Shown here piece after piece: positions 58,434-58,896 of a stretch of DNA of 58,896 nt. The translations under genes and the position numbers were made by a program. This DNA comes from Sedimentisphaerales bacterium (lineage in GTDB: Bacteria > Planctomycetota > Phycisphaerae > Sedimentisphaerales > SM23-30): the NCBI GenBank assembly GCA_963663965.2, contig CAXXFK010000009.1:1-58896 (forward strand), read 5' to 3'. Each line of letters opens with the position of its first letter. The stretch's first letter is position 1. A model generated the notes under the pieces. The model was given only the letters and a program-made list of their open reading frames with translations, did not search any database and had not been told where the DNA came from.

Positions 58434-58896
58434 ATGTGTGGACGATTTGCATTAACGATATCGCCAGAGGTGCTGGCACGCCTGTTTGCGTTACCGGAGG
58501 CCCCGGTGGTTACGCCATCCTTTAATATAGGACCCGGTCAGATGATCACCGGAATCGTTTGTGAAGGGCCGTCAGGGGCTAATCAGATAAAGACGATGCA
58601 CTGGGGATTGGTGCCGGGGTGGGCCAATGACATGAAGATTGGTTATAAGACCTTTAATGCCCGCAGTGAAACAATTGCACAAAAGCCGGCATTTAAACAG
58701 GCCTATCAGAGTCGTCGCTGTTTGATCCCGGCCAGCGGATTTTATGAATGGCAACATCAGGCCGAGCAGAAACAACCTTACTATTTTCATTGCCAGAATC
58801 AGGAATTGCTGGCATTTGCGGGATTGTGGGAGGTCTGGCACAAACTGGGAGGGTCCACCGCTCTGGTCAGTTGTGCCATTATTACCACGGATGCCA
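58434..58896 (+). CDS. SOS response-associated peptidase (SRAP/YedK/HMCES family), truncated by the window end
   Basis: Manual translation: MCGRF...FNIGPGQ...WGLVPGWA...FNARSET...RRCLIPASGFYEW...AFAGLW...IITTDA. Not in the supplied ORF track. Confidence 0.92.
   Translation, partial: MCGRFALTISPEVLARLFALPEAPVVTPSFNIGPGQMITGIVCEGPSGANQIKTMHWGLVPGWANDMKIGYKTFNARSETIAQKPAFKQAYQSRRCLIPASGFYEWQHQAEQKQPYYFHCQNQELLAFAGLWEVWHKLGGSTALVSCAIITTDA

Overview
Bacterial chromosomal window. It most likely comes from a Planctomycetota/Phycisphaerae (Sedimentisphaerales-like) organism; this is inferred from the ECF sigma/FecR pairs, a prepilin-type H-X9-DG protein, LamG/Ig proteins with dockerin-like tails and many sulfatases. 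Two ECF-sigma/FecR-headed glycan-utilisation loci dominate it: 1.4-9.7 kb on + and 21-45 kb on -, with seven Cys-type sulfatase genes in or next to the second, plus GH2 and GH43 modules. Housekeeping genes (rpsA, a sigma-70 factor, a DEAD-box helicase, a coaD-coaE fusion, an MCP, SRAP) lie around them. Main observations: (1) each locus has its own unrecognised ~230-250 aa 'head' domain, copied onto both a shared non-catalytic Ig/LamG/dockerin chassis and the enzymes of that locus; (2) a 1.65-kb IS-like element without inverted repeats is bounded by exact 23-bp hairpin-containing direct repeats and encodes a possible Rep_trans-like tyrosine transposase; (3) the rpsA leader is structured and could form a pseudoknot; (4) a 1.6-kaa secreted metallopeptidase carries a triple repeat. 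Seven genes are broken by single-base slips in homopolymer runs, most likely sequencing or assembly errors. No rRNA, tRNA or CRISPR array was seen. All family calls come from motifs recognised by eye, not from database searches.
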